This document shows positions 1 to 9,136 of a stretch of DNA of 64,000 nt, piece by piece. A program made the position numbers and the translations under genes. Position 1 is the first letter of the stretch; every line of letters starts with the position of its first letter. Origin of the DNA: Candidatus Omnitrophota bacterium (GTDB lineage: Bacteria; Omnitrophota; Gorgyraeia; 2-02-FULL-51-18); the NCBI GenBank assembly GCA_016197155.1, contig JACPWF010000015.1, positions 8,157 through 72,156 on the forward strand, in the 5' to 3' direction. The notes beneath the pieces were generated by a model that was given only the letters and a program-made list of their open reading frames with translations, was not told the DNA's origin and did no database searches.

Positions 1-1
1 C

Positions 2-184
2 GCTTGCACGCCGGGCGAACCTGACCTCGACCGGTTTCTGGGGATCGATGACTTTCTGGGCCGGCACGCCGAGTCTTTTATCAGGAAGTACTATGATTTT
101 TTGATGACATTTAACCGGTGGGGGAGGCGGCCGCCTTTTTCATGGATTTTCAGCCGCGTGATCGTCGCCGGGAGGAAACCGTGA
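2..184 (+). CDS. 3' end of an upstream CDS, truncated by the window edge
   Basis: Frame 2 is open from the window edge (...FSWIFSRVIVAGRKP*). Its TGA at 182-184 overlaps the GTG start of the next gene (GTGA). Confidence 0.6.
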   Translation, partial: ACTPGEPDLDRFLGIDDFLGRHAESFIRKYYDFLMTFNRWGRRPPFSWIFSRVIVAGRKP

Positions 185-1224
185 GAGTGGCGTTTTTCAC
201 TTATCCCAGCGCTTTTCAAAATATCGGCGGCGGCGAAGTCTTGATGATGAAGCTGGCGCGTTTTTTGCCCGGCGAGGACGTGGAAGTCAAATTTTTTGAT
301 ATTTGGAAAGACCGGTTGGCCGATTTTGATGTTCTGCATATTTTTTCTTGTCAAAAAGAATGCCTGGGTCTTGTGGAAAATGCGCGCGCGTCGAAAGTGC
401 CGGTTGTGGTGCACCCCATCGCTTTTGAAACCTGGAGTTCCGTTTGGCATGGGGTCATGCCCGATGCCCGCATAGCCTCACTCATTCGTTTTGCCGCAAA
501 AAAAATGGCGCCCCGGATCTCTTCGGACCGGCGGAGGGTGTTGATGCGGGCAAACCTGCTTTTTCCCAATTCTGAAAAAGAGGCCGCTTACCTTGAGCGC
601 CACTTCGCGGTGGACCGACAAAAAATGTTTGTGGTGCCCAATGGCGTTGATGCCGAGGCGGAACAAGCGTCGGGGGCACTTTTTACGAGCCGGACGGGCC
701 TGAAAGATTTTGTGCTTTGCGCCGGCCGCGTTGAGCCGCGCAAGAACCAGAAAAATCTGGTATTGGCGGCGCGGGATCTTCAAACGAACGTCGTTGTCTT
801 GGGGGATCCGGTGAAAGGGTATGAGTCCTATTATCGGGAGTGCCGCCGGCTGGCGCCTGGAAACGTTACTTTCTTGCCTTCTTACCCATTTGGCGCGCCG
901 GAATTGTATTCGGCCTATGCGGCCGCCGTAGCGCTTGTCCTGCCGGCCTTTGTGGAAACGCCGGGCCTCGTCGGTCTTGAGGCAGGGCTTATCGGAAAAC
1001 CCCTGGCTGTAACAAATGGCGGTCCGACGCGTGAATATTACGACCGGGACGTCGTTTATCTGAATCCGGCCAGCCCGGCTTCCATTGCGCAGGCCATTCG
1101 TGCCGCCCTGCGGAAGGGCCCCAGTGACTCCCTTCGCCGAAAGATCAGGGAAAAATACCTTTGGTCAAAAGTTGCGGCGCGTGTCAGGGAGGGGTATGAG
1201 CGGGCCGGCGGGGTTTCCGCATGA
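181..1224 (+). CDS. Glycosyltransferase family 4 (GT-B)
   Basis: N-terminal GGGEV, plus GRVEPRKN and ETPGLVGLEA (ExFG...EA) motifs. Start placed at GTG 181 after GGAGG. Confidence 0.88.
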   Translation: MRVAFFTYPSAFQNIGGGEVLMMKLARFLPGEDVEVKFFDIWKDRLADFDVLHIFSCQKECLGLVENARASKVPVVVHPIAFETWSSVWHGVMPDARIASLIRFAAKKMAPRISSDRRRVLMRANLLFPNSEKEAAYLERHFAVDRQKMFVVPNGVDAEAEQASGALFTSRTGLKDFVLCAGRVEPRKNQKNLVLAARDLQTNVVVLGDPVKGYESYYRECRRLAPGNVTFLPSYPFGAPELYSAYAAAVALVLPAFVETPGLVGLEAGLIGKPLAVTNGGPTREYYDRDVVYLNPASPASIAQAIRAALRKGPSDSLRRKIREKYLWSKVAARVREGYERAGGVSA

Positions 1225-2696
1225 TGGCCGCAGGTCTGATCTTGGGCGTGGCGCTACGTTTTCTCATGCTGGCGAGTTCCAAATCCTTTTGGGGGGATGA
1301 GTGGTTCACCATGGGTCTTGTCCAGAAGCCGACGCTCGCCGTTTTTTACGGAGCGGTTCAAGATGTGCACCCGCCGTTTTATTTTTTGTTGCTTCACGGC
1401 GTCACGCGATTTTTGGGGATGGGTGAGTGGGCTCTTCGCAGCGTCTCGATCGCGGCGGGTGTGGGGCTACTCGTCGCGGTGTATTTTTTGGCGGAAACGC
1501 TTTTTTCAAGAAATCGGGCGGTACTCGCACTGTTTTTAACGGCAATTTCTCCGTATTGGCTGCAATCGTCCAATGAGGTTCGAGGCTACAGTTTGCTGGC
1601 TTTTTTGGCTTGCGCGAGCGCCGTCTTCTTTTTAAAAGCGCTCAAAAATCCCGGACAAAAGAAATGGGTTTGGGGGTACGGACTATTTTTGATCCTGGCC
1701 GTTTATACGGAGCACTATGCGTGGTTTATCTGGTTGGCTGTGTCCATCACCGTATTTCTCAGTCGAGGAGAAAACGGGATCCGTAGCGATTGGGCACGGA
1801 TCCAGACGGGGTTTTTCATCCTGGGCCTGCCGTCTTTGGCGATGATCGTGTTTCAGGCGTTTTTTCGGGAAAACATGTTTCACATATACCGCGTGCGCGA
1901 ATACCAAAACTTCTTCATGATTTTAAAAAAAGTGGTCGGTCTTTTTTGGCATTTTTCCTGCGGCTACACCTACGCGATGCTCGATCAGGAACGCATCCGT
2001 TATCATTTGCAGCATTCGGGGTTTTTCTGGACATCCGCCATCACGGCGTTGGCTGCGTCAGCATGCGCAGGCGGCGCGTTGGCGCGACTTTTTCGGCGGG
2101 ATATAAAAAAATTCGGATTTTCCTTCTCCATTCTCGTGCTCCCGGTTCTTTTTCTGGCCTTTTTTTATCCTATACGTTTGGATGCCCGCTATTTGTCTTT
2201 TGCCGCGCCGATTTTTTACGTGCTGCTTGCCGATGGGTTTTGCCGGATCCAAAACAGAATTTGGGCAACCGTGCTTATCGGATCTTATCTTTTGGTGTCG
2301 AGTGTCGGATCGGCGCAGGCTATTTTTTTGAAAACGGACCCCGTACATAAAGAGGACTATTTGAGCCAAATTCTTTACGTGCGCGATCGGGTTCACCCGA
2401 AAGACGCCACATGCGGAGAAGCGCCGCAGATCGCTTACTATCAAAAACGGCGCGGAATAAAAATAGAGGCCCCCTCGTTTGCGATTTGGGATGAGTTCGC
2501 CGCTTCCGATACGAGCCGCTTTGATCGTGTCTGGCTTTTGGATGCCAGAAACATGAATCGCCGGGCGGCTGAGAATGATTTTCAAAGGGTGACAGGCTAT
2601 TTTTCCTCACTGGGTTTCTATCCGGCCGCCGGCCCGATCGTGTTTGGCGGCGACGAAGGGCTCACGGTTGTTTGTCTTTTCGACAGAAAGAAATAA
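1221..2696 (+). CDS. Membrane GT-C glycosyltransferase (GT39/ArnT-like)
   Basis: Polytopic membrane protein with FWGDE, DVHPPFY and EVRGY motifs typical of PMT/ArnT-like enzymes. Confidence 0.8.
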   Translation: MMAAGLILGVALRFLMLASSKSFWGDEWFTMGLVQKPTLAVFYGAVQDVHPPFYFLLLHGVTRFLGMGEWALRSVSIAAGVGLLVAVYFLAETLFSRNRAVLALFLTAISPYWLQSSNEVRGYSLLAFLACASAVFFLKALKNPGQKKWVWGYGLFLILAVYTEHYAWFIWLAVSITVFLSRGENGIRSDWARIQTGFFILGLPSLAMIVFQAFFRENMFHIYRVREYQNFFMILKKVVGLFWHFSCGYTYAMLDQERIRYHLQHSGFFWTSAITALAASACAGGALARLFRRDIKKFGFSFSILVLPVLFLAFFYPIRLDARYLSFAAPIFYVLLADGFCRIQNRIWATVLIGSYLLVSSVGSAQAIFLKTDPVHKEDYLSQILYVRDRVHPKDATCGEAPQIAYYQKRRGIKIEAPSFAIWDEFAASDTSRFDRVWLLDARNMNRRAAENDFQRVTGYFSSLGFYPAAGPIVFGGDEGLTVVCLFDRKK

Positions 2697-2699
2697 AAG

Positions 2700-3383
2700 A
2701 TGCTTTCGGTTGTTTTACCTGTCTATAATGAAAAAAATACGATTGGCCAAATGTTGCAAGCCATTTTGCACGTTCCCGGGGAAAAAGAAATACTGGTTAT
2801 CGATGACGGCTCGAACGACGGGACGCGCGAACTGATTCGATTGGCTTATGCGAATCAAAAGGATGTCCGGATTATTTTTCATGAAAAAAATGTGGGGAAG
2901 GGCGGGGCGATTCGGAGCGGCCTTCGAACAGCCTCCGGGGATGTCGTGATCATCCAGGACGCGGATCTGGAATACGATCCGGCCGATTACCCGCGGCTTT
3001 TGGCCGCGATGGAGCAAACGGGCGCTCGCGCGGTATATGGCTCGCGGTTTTTGAATAAAAAAAAAGTGACGCCCTTTTGGCACCGCGCCGTGAATTATTT
3101 TTTGACCGGGCTCACGAACGCCCTTTACGGGTCGAAGCTGACCGACATGGAGACCTGTTACAAACTCGTCAAAAAGGATGTTTTGGATTCCTTGAAATTG
3201 GAATCCAATAGTTTTGAAATTGAGGCCGAGATCACGGCCAAGCTCCTGAAAAGGGGCGAGCGAATCGTGGAGGTCCCGATTTCCTACAAAGGCCGCTCTT
3301 ATCACGAAGGAAAAAAAATCGGATGGAGGGACGGCCTAAAAGCCGTCGGCGCGCTTTTTCGGTATCGCTGGAGCCGGGGATGA
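2700..3383 (+). CDS. GT2 polyprenol-phosphate glycosyltransferase (DPM1-like)
   Basis: PVYNE, DDGSNDGT, QDADLEYDP, DMETCYK and EGKKI motifs. Confidence 0.9.
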   Translation: MLSVVLPVYNEKNTIGQMLQAILHVPGEKEILVIDDGSNDGTRELIRLAYANQKDVRIIFHEKNVGKGGAIRSGLRTASGDVVIIQDADLEYDPADYPRLLAAMEQTGARAVYGSRFLNKKKVTPFWHRAVNYFLTGLTNALYGSKLTDMETCYKLVKKDVLDSLKLESNSFEIEAEITAKLLKRGERIVEVPISYKGRSYHEGKKIGWRDGLKAVGALFRYRWSRG

Positions 3384-4516
3384 AATATCTTTTTCGAAAA
3401 AAGATCAATATTTTTCTGGCCTGGCTCTTTGACGCAATGGGCGCTCTTTTCTTTAGGACGCGCCGTAAAGGATTGCTGGAAAATGTTTCGAGCATTCTCG
3501 TGATCCGTCTCGATCACCTGGGCGACGTATTTTTGTCGAGCGGCGTGCCGAAGGCATTGAAAGAGGCCTACCCGCGCGCGCGGGTGATTTTTCTCGTGTC
3601 CAGTTTTGCCGCGCCCCTTCTTCAAAACAACCCTTTTGTCGATGAGCTTTTGATCTACGACGCGCCGTGGTTCTTTCAGAACCGTTACGCCCGGAGCGGG
3701 AAAAGTTTAAAATTTTTTCAACTGGTGAGACTTTTGAAAGAAAAATCCATCGACCTGGGCCTGGCCCTGCGCGGGGATGTGCGGGAAAATTTGATGCTTT
3801 GGCTGGCCAGCGTCAGGGAGCGGGCGGGTTTTGGGGTCACGGGTGGCGGGTTTTTATTGAACTGGCCGGTGTTTTACAGGCCCGGCGTTCACGAGAGCCG
3901 GCACACCCTCGATCTTTTAAACGCCATCGGCATCCGCACGGGGCCGCTTGAGCCCGCGCTTTATTTTTCAAAAGAAGAGGAGGCCTCGCTCCCGGCGCTC
4001 ACGAATCGTCTGGGTTTAAAATCCGATGAGAAATATGTCGGCCTGCAATTGGGCGCCGGATCGCCCGCGAAGGCCTGGCCGGAGGAAAACCTGAGCACGT
4101 TTTTGCTGGATTTTTCGGACCGTTTTCCCGAATACAGGGTTGTCTTTGTGGGATCGGGAAGCCAAAAGGCCGGCCGCGCGGTCTTTGACGTGTGCCCGAC
4201 AGGCCTTTCGCTTTTGGGGAAGACGACTTTGAGGGAGCTGTGTCTTTTGATGAAACGCTTTTCCTTTTTTATGGGTCCCGATTCGGGGCCGGCGCACATC
4301 GCGGCGGCGATGGGGGTGCGCACGATTTTTTTGTACAGCGGCACGAATGTTTTTGAGGAATGGAAACCGCTCGAGGAAAGTGCCGTGGTCTTAAGAAATC
4401 CCGTGCCCTGCTCGCCCTGCCACCGCGAGACCTGCAACGTCGACGGGCACCCGTGCATGGCAGGCATTGCGTCGCAGGATGTGATCCATGCTCTTGAAAA
4501 AATATTGAGGCCATAA
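3380..4516 (+). CDS. Glycosyltransferase family 9 (heptosyltransferase-like)
   Basis: RLDHLGD, DSGPAHIAAA and a C-terminal CSPC...C motif. ATG 3380 overlaps the upstream stop. Confidence 0.88.
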   Translation: MKYLFRKKINIFLAWLFDAMGALFFRTRRKGLLENVSSILVIRLDHLGDVFLSSGVPKALKEAYPRARVIFLVSSFAAPLLQNNPFVDELLIYDAPWFFQNRYARSGKSLKFFQLVRLLKEKSIDLGLALRGDVRENLMLWLASVRERAGFGVTGGGFLLNWPVFYRPGVHESRHTLDLLNAIGIRTGPLEPALYFSKEEEASLPALTNRLGLKSDEKYVGLQLGAGSPAKAWPEENLSTFLLDFSDRFPEYRVVFVGSGSQKAGRAVFDVCPTGLSLLGKTTLRELCLLMKRFSFFMGPDSGPAHIAAAMGVRTIFLYSGTNVFEEWKPLEESAVVLRNPVPCSPCHRETCNVDGHPCMAGIASQDVIHALEKILRP

Positions 4517-6334
4517 ATGAACATCCTAGGCATTTCCGCTTATTATCATGACAGCGCGGCGTGCCTCGTGCGGGACGGCGAAATCATCGCCGCCGCGCAG
4601 GAAGAGCGTTTCACGCGCAAAAAACACGACGCCTCGTTTCCGCGCAGGGCCATCGAGTACTGTTTGGCGGAGGCGGGGCTCTCGGCCGCGGATTTGGACA
4701 TCGTGGCGTTTTATGAAAAGCCGTTTCTGAAATTTGAAAGAATCTTGGAAACGGTTTTGGCCTACGCGCCGCTCGGGATCCGGTCGTTCGTGAAGGCGAT
4801 GCCGGTCTGGATCAAACAGAAGCTGTGGATCAAAGACCTCATTCAAAAAGAGCTGGGGTTCGAGGGGCGGGTGATTTTTCCGGAACATCACCAGGCCCAC
4901 GCGGCCTCCGCTTTTTTTCCGTCGCCGTTTGAGGAGGCGGCGATCCTCACGATGGACGGCGTGGGGGAATGGACGACGTCGAGCCTGGCCGTCGGGACGG
5001 GGAACAAAATGGAGATGCTTTCGGAAATCCGGTTCCCGCATTCGCTGGGACTCTTGTACTCGGCGTTCACCTATTACACGGGATTCAAAGTCAATTCGGG
5101 CGAATACAAGGTGATGGGCCTGGCCCCTTACGGCGAGCCGAAGTACAAGGAGGTCATTTTATCGAAGCTCATGGATCTGAAAGAGGACGGTTCGTTTAAA
5201 TTGAATCTCGAGTATTTCAATTATCCCGCGGGCCTGACCATGACGAGTGAAAAGTTTCATAAACTCTTCGGCGGCCCGCCGCGAAGGCCCGAGTCGCGCC
5301 TGACCCAGCGCGAAATGGATTTGGCGCGCTCGATCCAGGACGTGGTCGAGGAGGTGATGCTCCGCATGGCGCGTTTCGCGCGGAAAAAAACCGGCAAGCC
5401 CAATCTGTGCCTGGCCGGCGGCGTGGCGCTCAACTGCGTGGGCAACGGAAAAATTTTAAAAGAGAAAATTTTTGACCGCATCTGGATCCAGCCTGCCGCG
5501 GGAGACGCGGGCGGGGCGATGGGCGCCGCCCTTTTCGCGTGGCACCAGGTCCTGGGAAAACCGCGCGACGCGAAGGCCGCGGCGGAAGGGATGCGCGGAT
5601 CGTATTTGGGGCCGCGCTTCGACAATCAGGCGATCGAGAAATATTTGGAGGAGAAAAATATTCCGTTCACCCGTTTGAACGATGACCAACTGCCGGCGAC
5701 GATCGCCGATCTCATTGCCCGCGAAAAAGTGATCGGCTGGTTTCAGGGGCGGATGGAGTTTGGCCCGCGCGCGCTGGGCGCGCGCTCGATCCTCGGCGAT
5801 GCCCGTTCTCCCAAGATGCAGGAGATCATGAATCTCAAGATCAAATTTCGTGAAAGTTTCCGCCCTTTCGCGCCGTCGGTCACTCTGGAAAAAGTCGGGG
5901 ATTATTTTGAAATGGCCGGGGAGAGCCCCTACATGCTGCTCGTGGCGCCCGTCAGGGCCGACCGGTGCCGGGCCATGTCCGATAAAGAGCGCGGACTTTT
6001 CGGCATTGAAAAATTGAACGTCATCCGATCCTCCATTCCGGCCGTCACGCACGTCGATTATTCGGCGCGGATCCAGACCGTGGACGAAAAGACGCACCCG
6101 CTGTATCACCGTCTCATCAAGGCGTTTGACGAAAAGTACGGGTGTCCGGTGATCATCAACACGTCCTTCAACGTCCGCGGCGAGCCGCTGGTGTGCACGC
6201 CGGAGGAGGCCTACACCTGCTTCATGCGCACCGAGATGGATTATCTGGTCGCCGGGAATTTTTTGATTGATAAAAAAGACCAGAAACCTTTAGAATCAGA
6301 CGAGGACTGGACCAAAAAGTTCGGGCTGGACTGA
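4517..6334 (+). CDS. Carbamoyltransferase (NodU/CmcH/SxtI family)
   Basis: YHDSAA, EERFTRKKHD, EHHQAHA, GEYKVMGLAPYG, GGVALNC, EFGPRALG and NTSFNVRGEP motifs. Confidence 0.95.
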   Translation: MNILGISAYYHDSAACLVRDGEIIAAAQEERFTRKKHDASFPRRAIEYCLAEAGLSAADLDIVAFYEKPFLKFERILETVLAYAPLGIRSFVKAMPVWIKQKLWIKDLIQKELGFEGRVIFPEHHQAHAASAFFPSPFEEAAILTMDGVGEWTTSSLAVGTGNKMEMLSEIRFPHSLGLLYSAFTYYTGFKVNSGEYKVMGLAPYGEPKYKEVILSKLMDLKEDGSFKLNLEYFNYPAGLTMTSEKFHKLFGGPPRRPESRLTQREMDLARSIQDVVEEVMLRMARFARKKTGKPNLCLAGGVALNCVGNGKILKEKIFDRIWIQPAAGDAGGAMGAALFAWHQVLGKPRDAKAAAEGMRGSYLGPRFDNQAIEKYLEEKNIPFTRLNDDQLPATIADLIAREKVIGWFQGRMEFGPRALGARSILGDARSPKMQEIMNLKIKFRESFRPFAPSVTLEKVGDYFEMAGESPYMLLVAPVRADRCRAMSDKERGLFGIEKLNVIRSSIPAVTHVDYSARIQTVDEKTHPLYHRLIKAFDEKYGCPVIINTSFNVRGEPLVCTPEEAYTCFMRTEMDYLVAGNFLIDKKDQKPLESDEDWTKKFGLD

Positions 6335-6336
6335 CG

Positions 6337-6753
6337 ATGCTCCTCGAAGAAATAAAAACGATTCGAAGTTCGCCGCGCGATTTGAAAACATTCGGCCTCG
6401 TGGTGGGGACTTTTTTCGCGGTCCTCGGCGCGCTTTTTCTGTGGCGGGGAAGGCCGGGGACGCTTTATTGGTTTTTAGCCGCCGCGTTTTTTTTGGTTTT
6501 AGGATTTTTGCGGCCCGCGTTTTTAAAACCCATTCAAAAAGTCTGGATGACGGCGGCCCTTCTCATGGGCTGGGTGATGACGCGCGTGGTCCTGGGCGTA
6601 CTTTTTTATGCCGTGATCACGCCGATAGGGCTCGTGTCCCGCGCGTGCGGCAAGGATTTTATGACTTCAAAGATCGATCCGGCCCAAGAGAGCTACTGGC
6701 TGACGCGGCCTCCGGGGGCGGAGGGGCCTGAGGGCTATGAAAACCAGTATTGA
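6337..6753 (+). CDS. SxtJ-family membrane protein
   Basis: Hydrophobic 138 aa protein with LKTFG, ITPIG, ESYW and C-terminal YENQY; directly follows the carbamoyltransferase. Confidence 0.85.
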   Translation: MLLEEIKTIRSSPRDLKTFGLVVGTFFAVLGALFLWRGRPGTLYWFLAAAFFLVLGFLRPAFLKPIQKVWMTAALLMGWVMTRVVLGVLFYAVITPIGLVSRACGKDFMTSKIDPAQESYWLTRPPGAEGPEGYENQY

Positions 6754-6777
6754 AAATGGGCGAACCCGGAGGAGCGC

Positions 6778-6936
6778 ATGAGTAAATTTTCGATCCTGAA
6801 AGAGTTTTGGCTTTTTCTAAGAGTCCGCAAGAAATGGTGGCTCACGCCCATCGTGGTGATGCTCGTTCTTTTGGGGACGCTGGTGGTTTTCACCCAACAC
6901 TCCGCCCTGGCGCCCTTTATTTACACGCTCTTTTGA
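6778..6936 (+). CDS. Small membrane protein, DUF5989/SxtK-like (52 aa, absent from the ORF track)
   Basis: GGAGGAG RBS, then MSKFSILKEFWLFLRVRKKWWLTPIVVMLVLLGTLVVFTQHSALAPFIYTLF*. The RKKWWL...APFIYTLF pattern is the family signature. Confidence 0.9.
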   Translation: MSKFSILKEFWLFLRVRKKWWLTPIVVMLVLLGTLVVFTQHSALAPFIYTLF

Positions 6937-8036
6937 AAACCGTCGCCGTCGATGCGCGGATGTGGCGCCATCCGGGTATCGGCAGATACCTTCGCGAACT
7001 TTCTACCCGGCTCGTTTCCCAAAAGGCGCGGTATTTTTTTCATTTTTTGGGCGATGAGGCGCTGACGGCCGAGTTGCCGCGCGTGCCGGGCGCGCCGTGG
7101 GGATTCACCGCGGCGCGCGCGCCGATTTATGGCGCGGCCGAGCAATTTGAAATCCCCGCCAAAAGCGCCGGGTTTGATTTGCTCCATGTGCCGCATTTCA
7201 ATGCCCCTCTTTTTTTTCCGAAGAAACTCGCGGTCACCGTCCATGACCTCATCTATCTCCGCAACGCGGGCGCGTCGCGTTTCGGGCTGGGCGCGCTTTA
7301 CGCCCGGCGGCTTTTGAATCACATTCAAAAAAAAGCGTCGATCATCTTCACGGTGTCGGAGCACACGAAAAACGATCTTTTGAATTATTTTCCGCGTCTG
7401 GACCCCGGGCGGATTGGGGTCACGCCCGAAGCCGCGGGGCCCCTTTTCCGGAAGATCGGGGACGGGGATTCATTGAATAAAATCCGTGCGGATTATTCTC
7501 TCGACCGGCCCTTCATTTTGTGCGTGGGAAGTTTAAAAAAGCATAAGAATATTCCCGCGCTGATTCAGGCGATGGCCGATCTGCGGGAGAGAAAAAAAAT
7601 AGATCACGAGCTTGCCCTCGTGGGGCGGCCGGATCCCAAAAACCCCGGTCTTTTGAGGCTCATCCGGCGATCGGGTTTTGTCCGTTACCTGGGGGAAGTG
7701 CCCGACGAATCGCTGGCCGGGATTTACAATCTGGCCGATCTTTTCGTGATGCCGTCTTTTTTCGAGGGATTCGGCCTGCCGGTTTTGGAGGCCATGGCCT
7801 GCGGCGTGCCGGTGCTCGTTTCCAATCGCGCGAGCCTGCCCGAGGTGGGGGGAGAGGCCGCGCTCACCTTTGACCCCGGGCGGATTGACGCTCTGGGGGA
7901 GCTTCTATATAATGTCCTGCAAGACAAGGGGTTAAGATTAAAAATGATTGAAATGGGTTTTGCGCGGGCCAAAGAATTTTCCTGGGAGAGGACGGCCCGC
8001 CAAACGCTAGAGGGGTATTGCCGGGTACTCGGGTGA
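6933..8036 (+). CDS. Glycosyltransferase family 4
   Basis: VDAR...GIGRY, VTVHDL, KHKN and EGFGLPVLEAMACG motifs. TTG start overlaps the upstream stop. Confidence 0.9.
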   Translation: MKTVAVDARMWRHPGIGRYLRELSTRLVSQKARYFFHFLGDEALTAELPRVPGAPWGFTAARAPIYGAAEQFEIPAKSAGFDLLHVPHFNAPLFFPKKLAVTVHDLIYLRNAGASRFGLGALYARRLLNHIQKKASIIFTVSEHTKNDLLNYFPRLDPGRIGVTPEAAGPLFRKIGDGDSLNKIRADYSLDRPFILCVGSLKKHKNIPALIQAMADLRERKKIDHELALVGRPDPKNPGLLRLIRRSGFVRYLGEVPDESLAGIYNLADLFVMPSFFEGFGLPVLEAMACGVPVLVSNRASLPEVGGEAALTFDPGRIDALGELLYNVLQDKGLRLKMIEMGFARAKEFSWERTARQTLEGYCRVLG

Positions 8037-9136
8037 AAGTCGCTCTTTCTCATGACTGGCTGAACGGCATGCGGGGCGGGGAGAAATGTTTGGAGATCTT
8101 CTGCCAAATGTTTCCGGAAAGCCCGGTTCACACTCTTTTTTACGAGAAAGAAAAAATCTCACCCGCAATCCAGCGCCACCCGATCCGCGCCTCGTTCCTT
8201 CAATTTTTCCCGGGGATCTCCGCGCATTACCGAAATTACCTGCCCTTTTTTCCTCTCGCGGTCGAATCCTTTCGTTTAAAAAATTGCGAGCTTGTGATCT
8301 CGACCAGCCACTGCGTGGCCAAAAGCATCCGGAAGCCCGCGGGCGCCTTTCATCTGTGCTACTGTTTTACCCCGATGCGGTACGCGTGGGAATTTTTTGA
8401 CGAATATTTCGGCGATAAAAATCCTTTTTCCAAGCGGCTCATCCGCGGCCTCATCCCGTTTTTAAAAAAGTGGGACCAGGACACGTCCGCCCGCGTCGAC
8501 CGTTTTGTGGCCATTTCCAAACACGTCCAAAGGCGGATTTGGAATTATTACCAGCGTGAGGCCGAGGTCATTTATCCGCCGGTCGACACGGATTTCTACA
8601 CGCCCGACGCTGCGACCGCGCCGGAGGATTTTTATCTCATCGTCTCGGCCCTCGTGCCTTACAAGAAAGTGAACCTGGCGGTCCGCGCGTTCGGCCGGAT
8701 GAAAAAACGTCTTGTCGTCATCGGCGAGGGGCCGAAGAAAAAAGATTATGAGAAGACCGCGGGGCCCTGGGTTCAATTTTTAGGCCGGCAGACGGACGCG
8801 GTGATCCGCGATCATTACCGCCGCGCGCGCGCGCTCATTTTTCCGGGGGAGGAAGATTTTGGGATCGTGCCGGTGGAGGCCCAGGCCTGCGGCCGGCCGG
8901 TCATCGCCTACGCGGCAGGGGGAGCGCTCGAAACCGTGAAGGACCATAAGACCGGGCTTTTTTTTAGCGAGCAAACCGAGGCGTCCCTGATCGACGCCGT
9001 GAGCGCGTTTGAGCGCCGCGCGTGGGATCCGGCGGAGGCCAGGGCCAACGCGATTTCATTCGGAAAGGAAAGATTCAAAAAAGAAATGGAAACCTGCCTC
9101 GAGAAAATCTTAAGCGGACGGAGTCGCGCGCGATGA
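8033..9136 (+). CDS. Glycosyltransferase family 4 (WbaZ-like)
   Basis: HDWLNGMRGGEK, TPMRYAW and EEDFGIVPVEAQACG motifs. Confidence 0.9.
   Translation: MKVALSHDWLNGMRGGEKCLEIFCQMFPESPVHTLFYEKEKISPAIQRHPIRASFLQFFPGISAHYRNYLPFFPLAVESFRLKNCELVISTSHCVAKSIRKPAGAFHLCYCFTPMRYAWEFFDEYFGDKNPFSKRLIRGLIPFLKKWDQDTSARVDRFVAISKHVQRRIWNYYQREAEVIYPPVDTDFYTPDAATAPEDFYLIVSALVPYKKVNLAVRAFGRMKKRLVVIGEGPKKKDYEKTAGPWVQFLGRQTDAVIRDHYRRARALIFPGEEDFGIVPVEAQACGRPVIAYAAGGALETVKDHKTGLFFSEQTEASLIDAVSAFERRAWDPAEARANAISFGKERFKKEMETCLEKILSGRSRAR

Noticed and set aside
6807-6932. N-terminal extension of the GT4 ORF in the ORF track
   Set aside because: This stretch is occupied by the DUF5989 gene in another frame; the real start is TTG 6933. 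Similar over-extended starts were trimmed at 118, 3323, 9022, 14314, 22955, 23976, 32165, 44787 and 61318.
4517-6936. Saxitoxin biosynthesis cluster
   Set aside because: Only sxtI/J/K-like genes are present, with no sxtA or sxtG, and the context is glycan synthesis.
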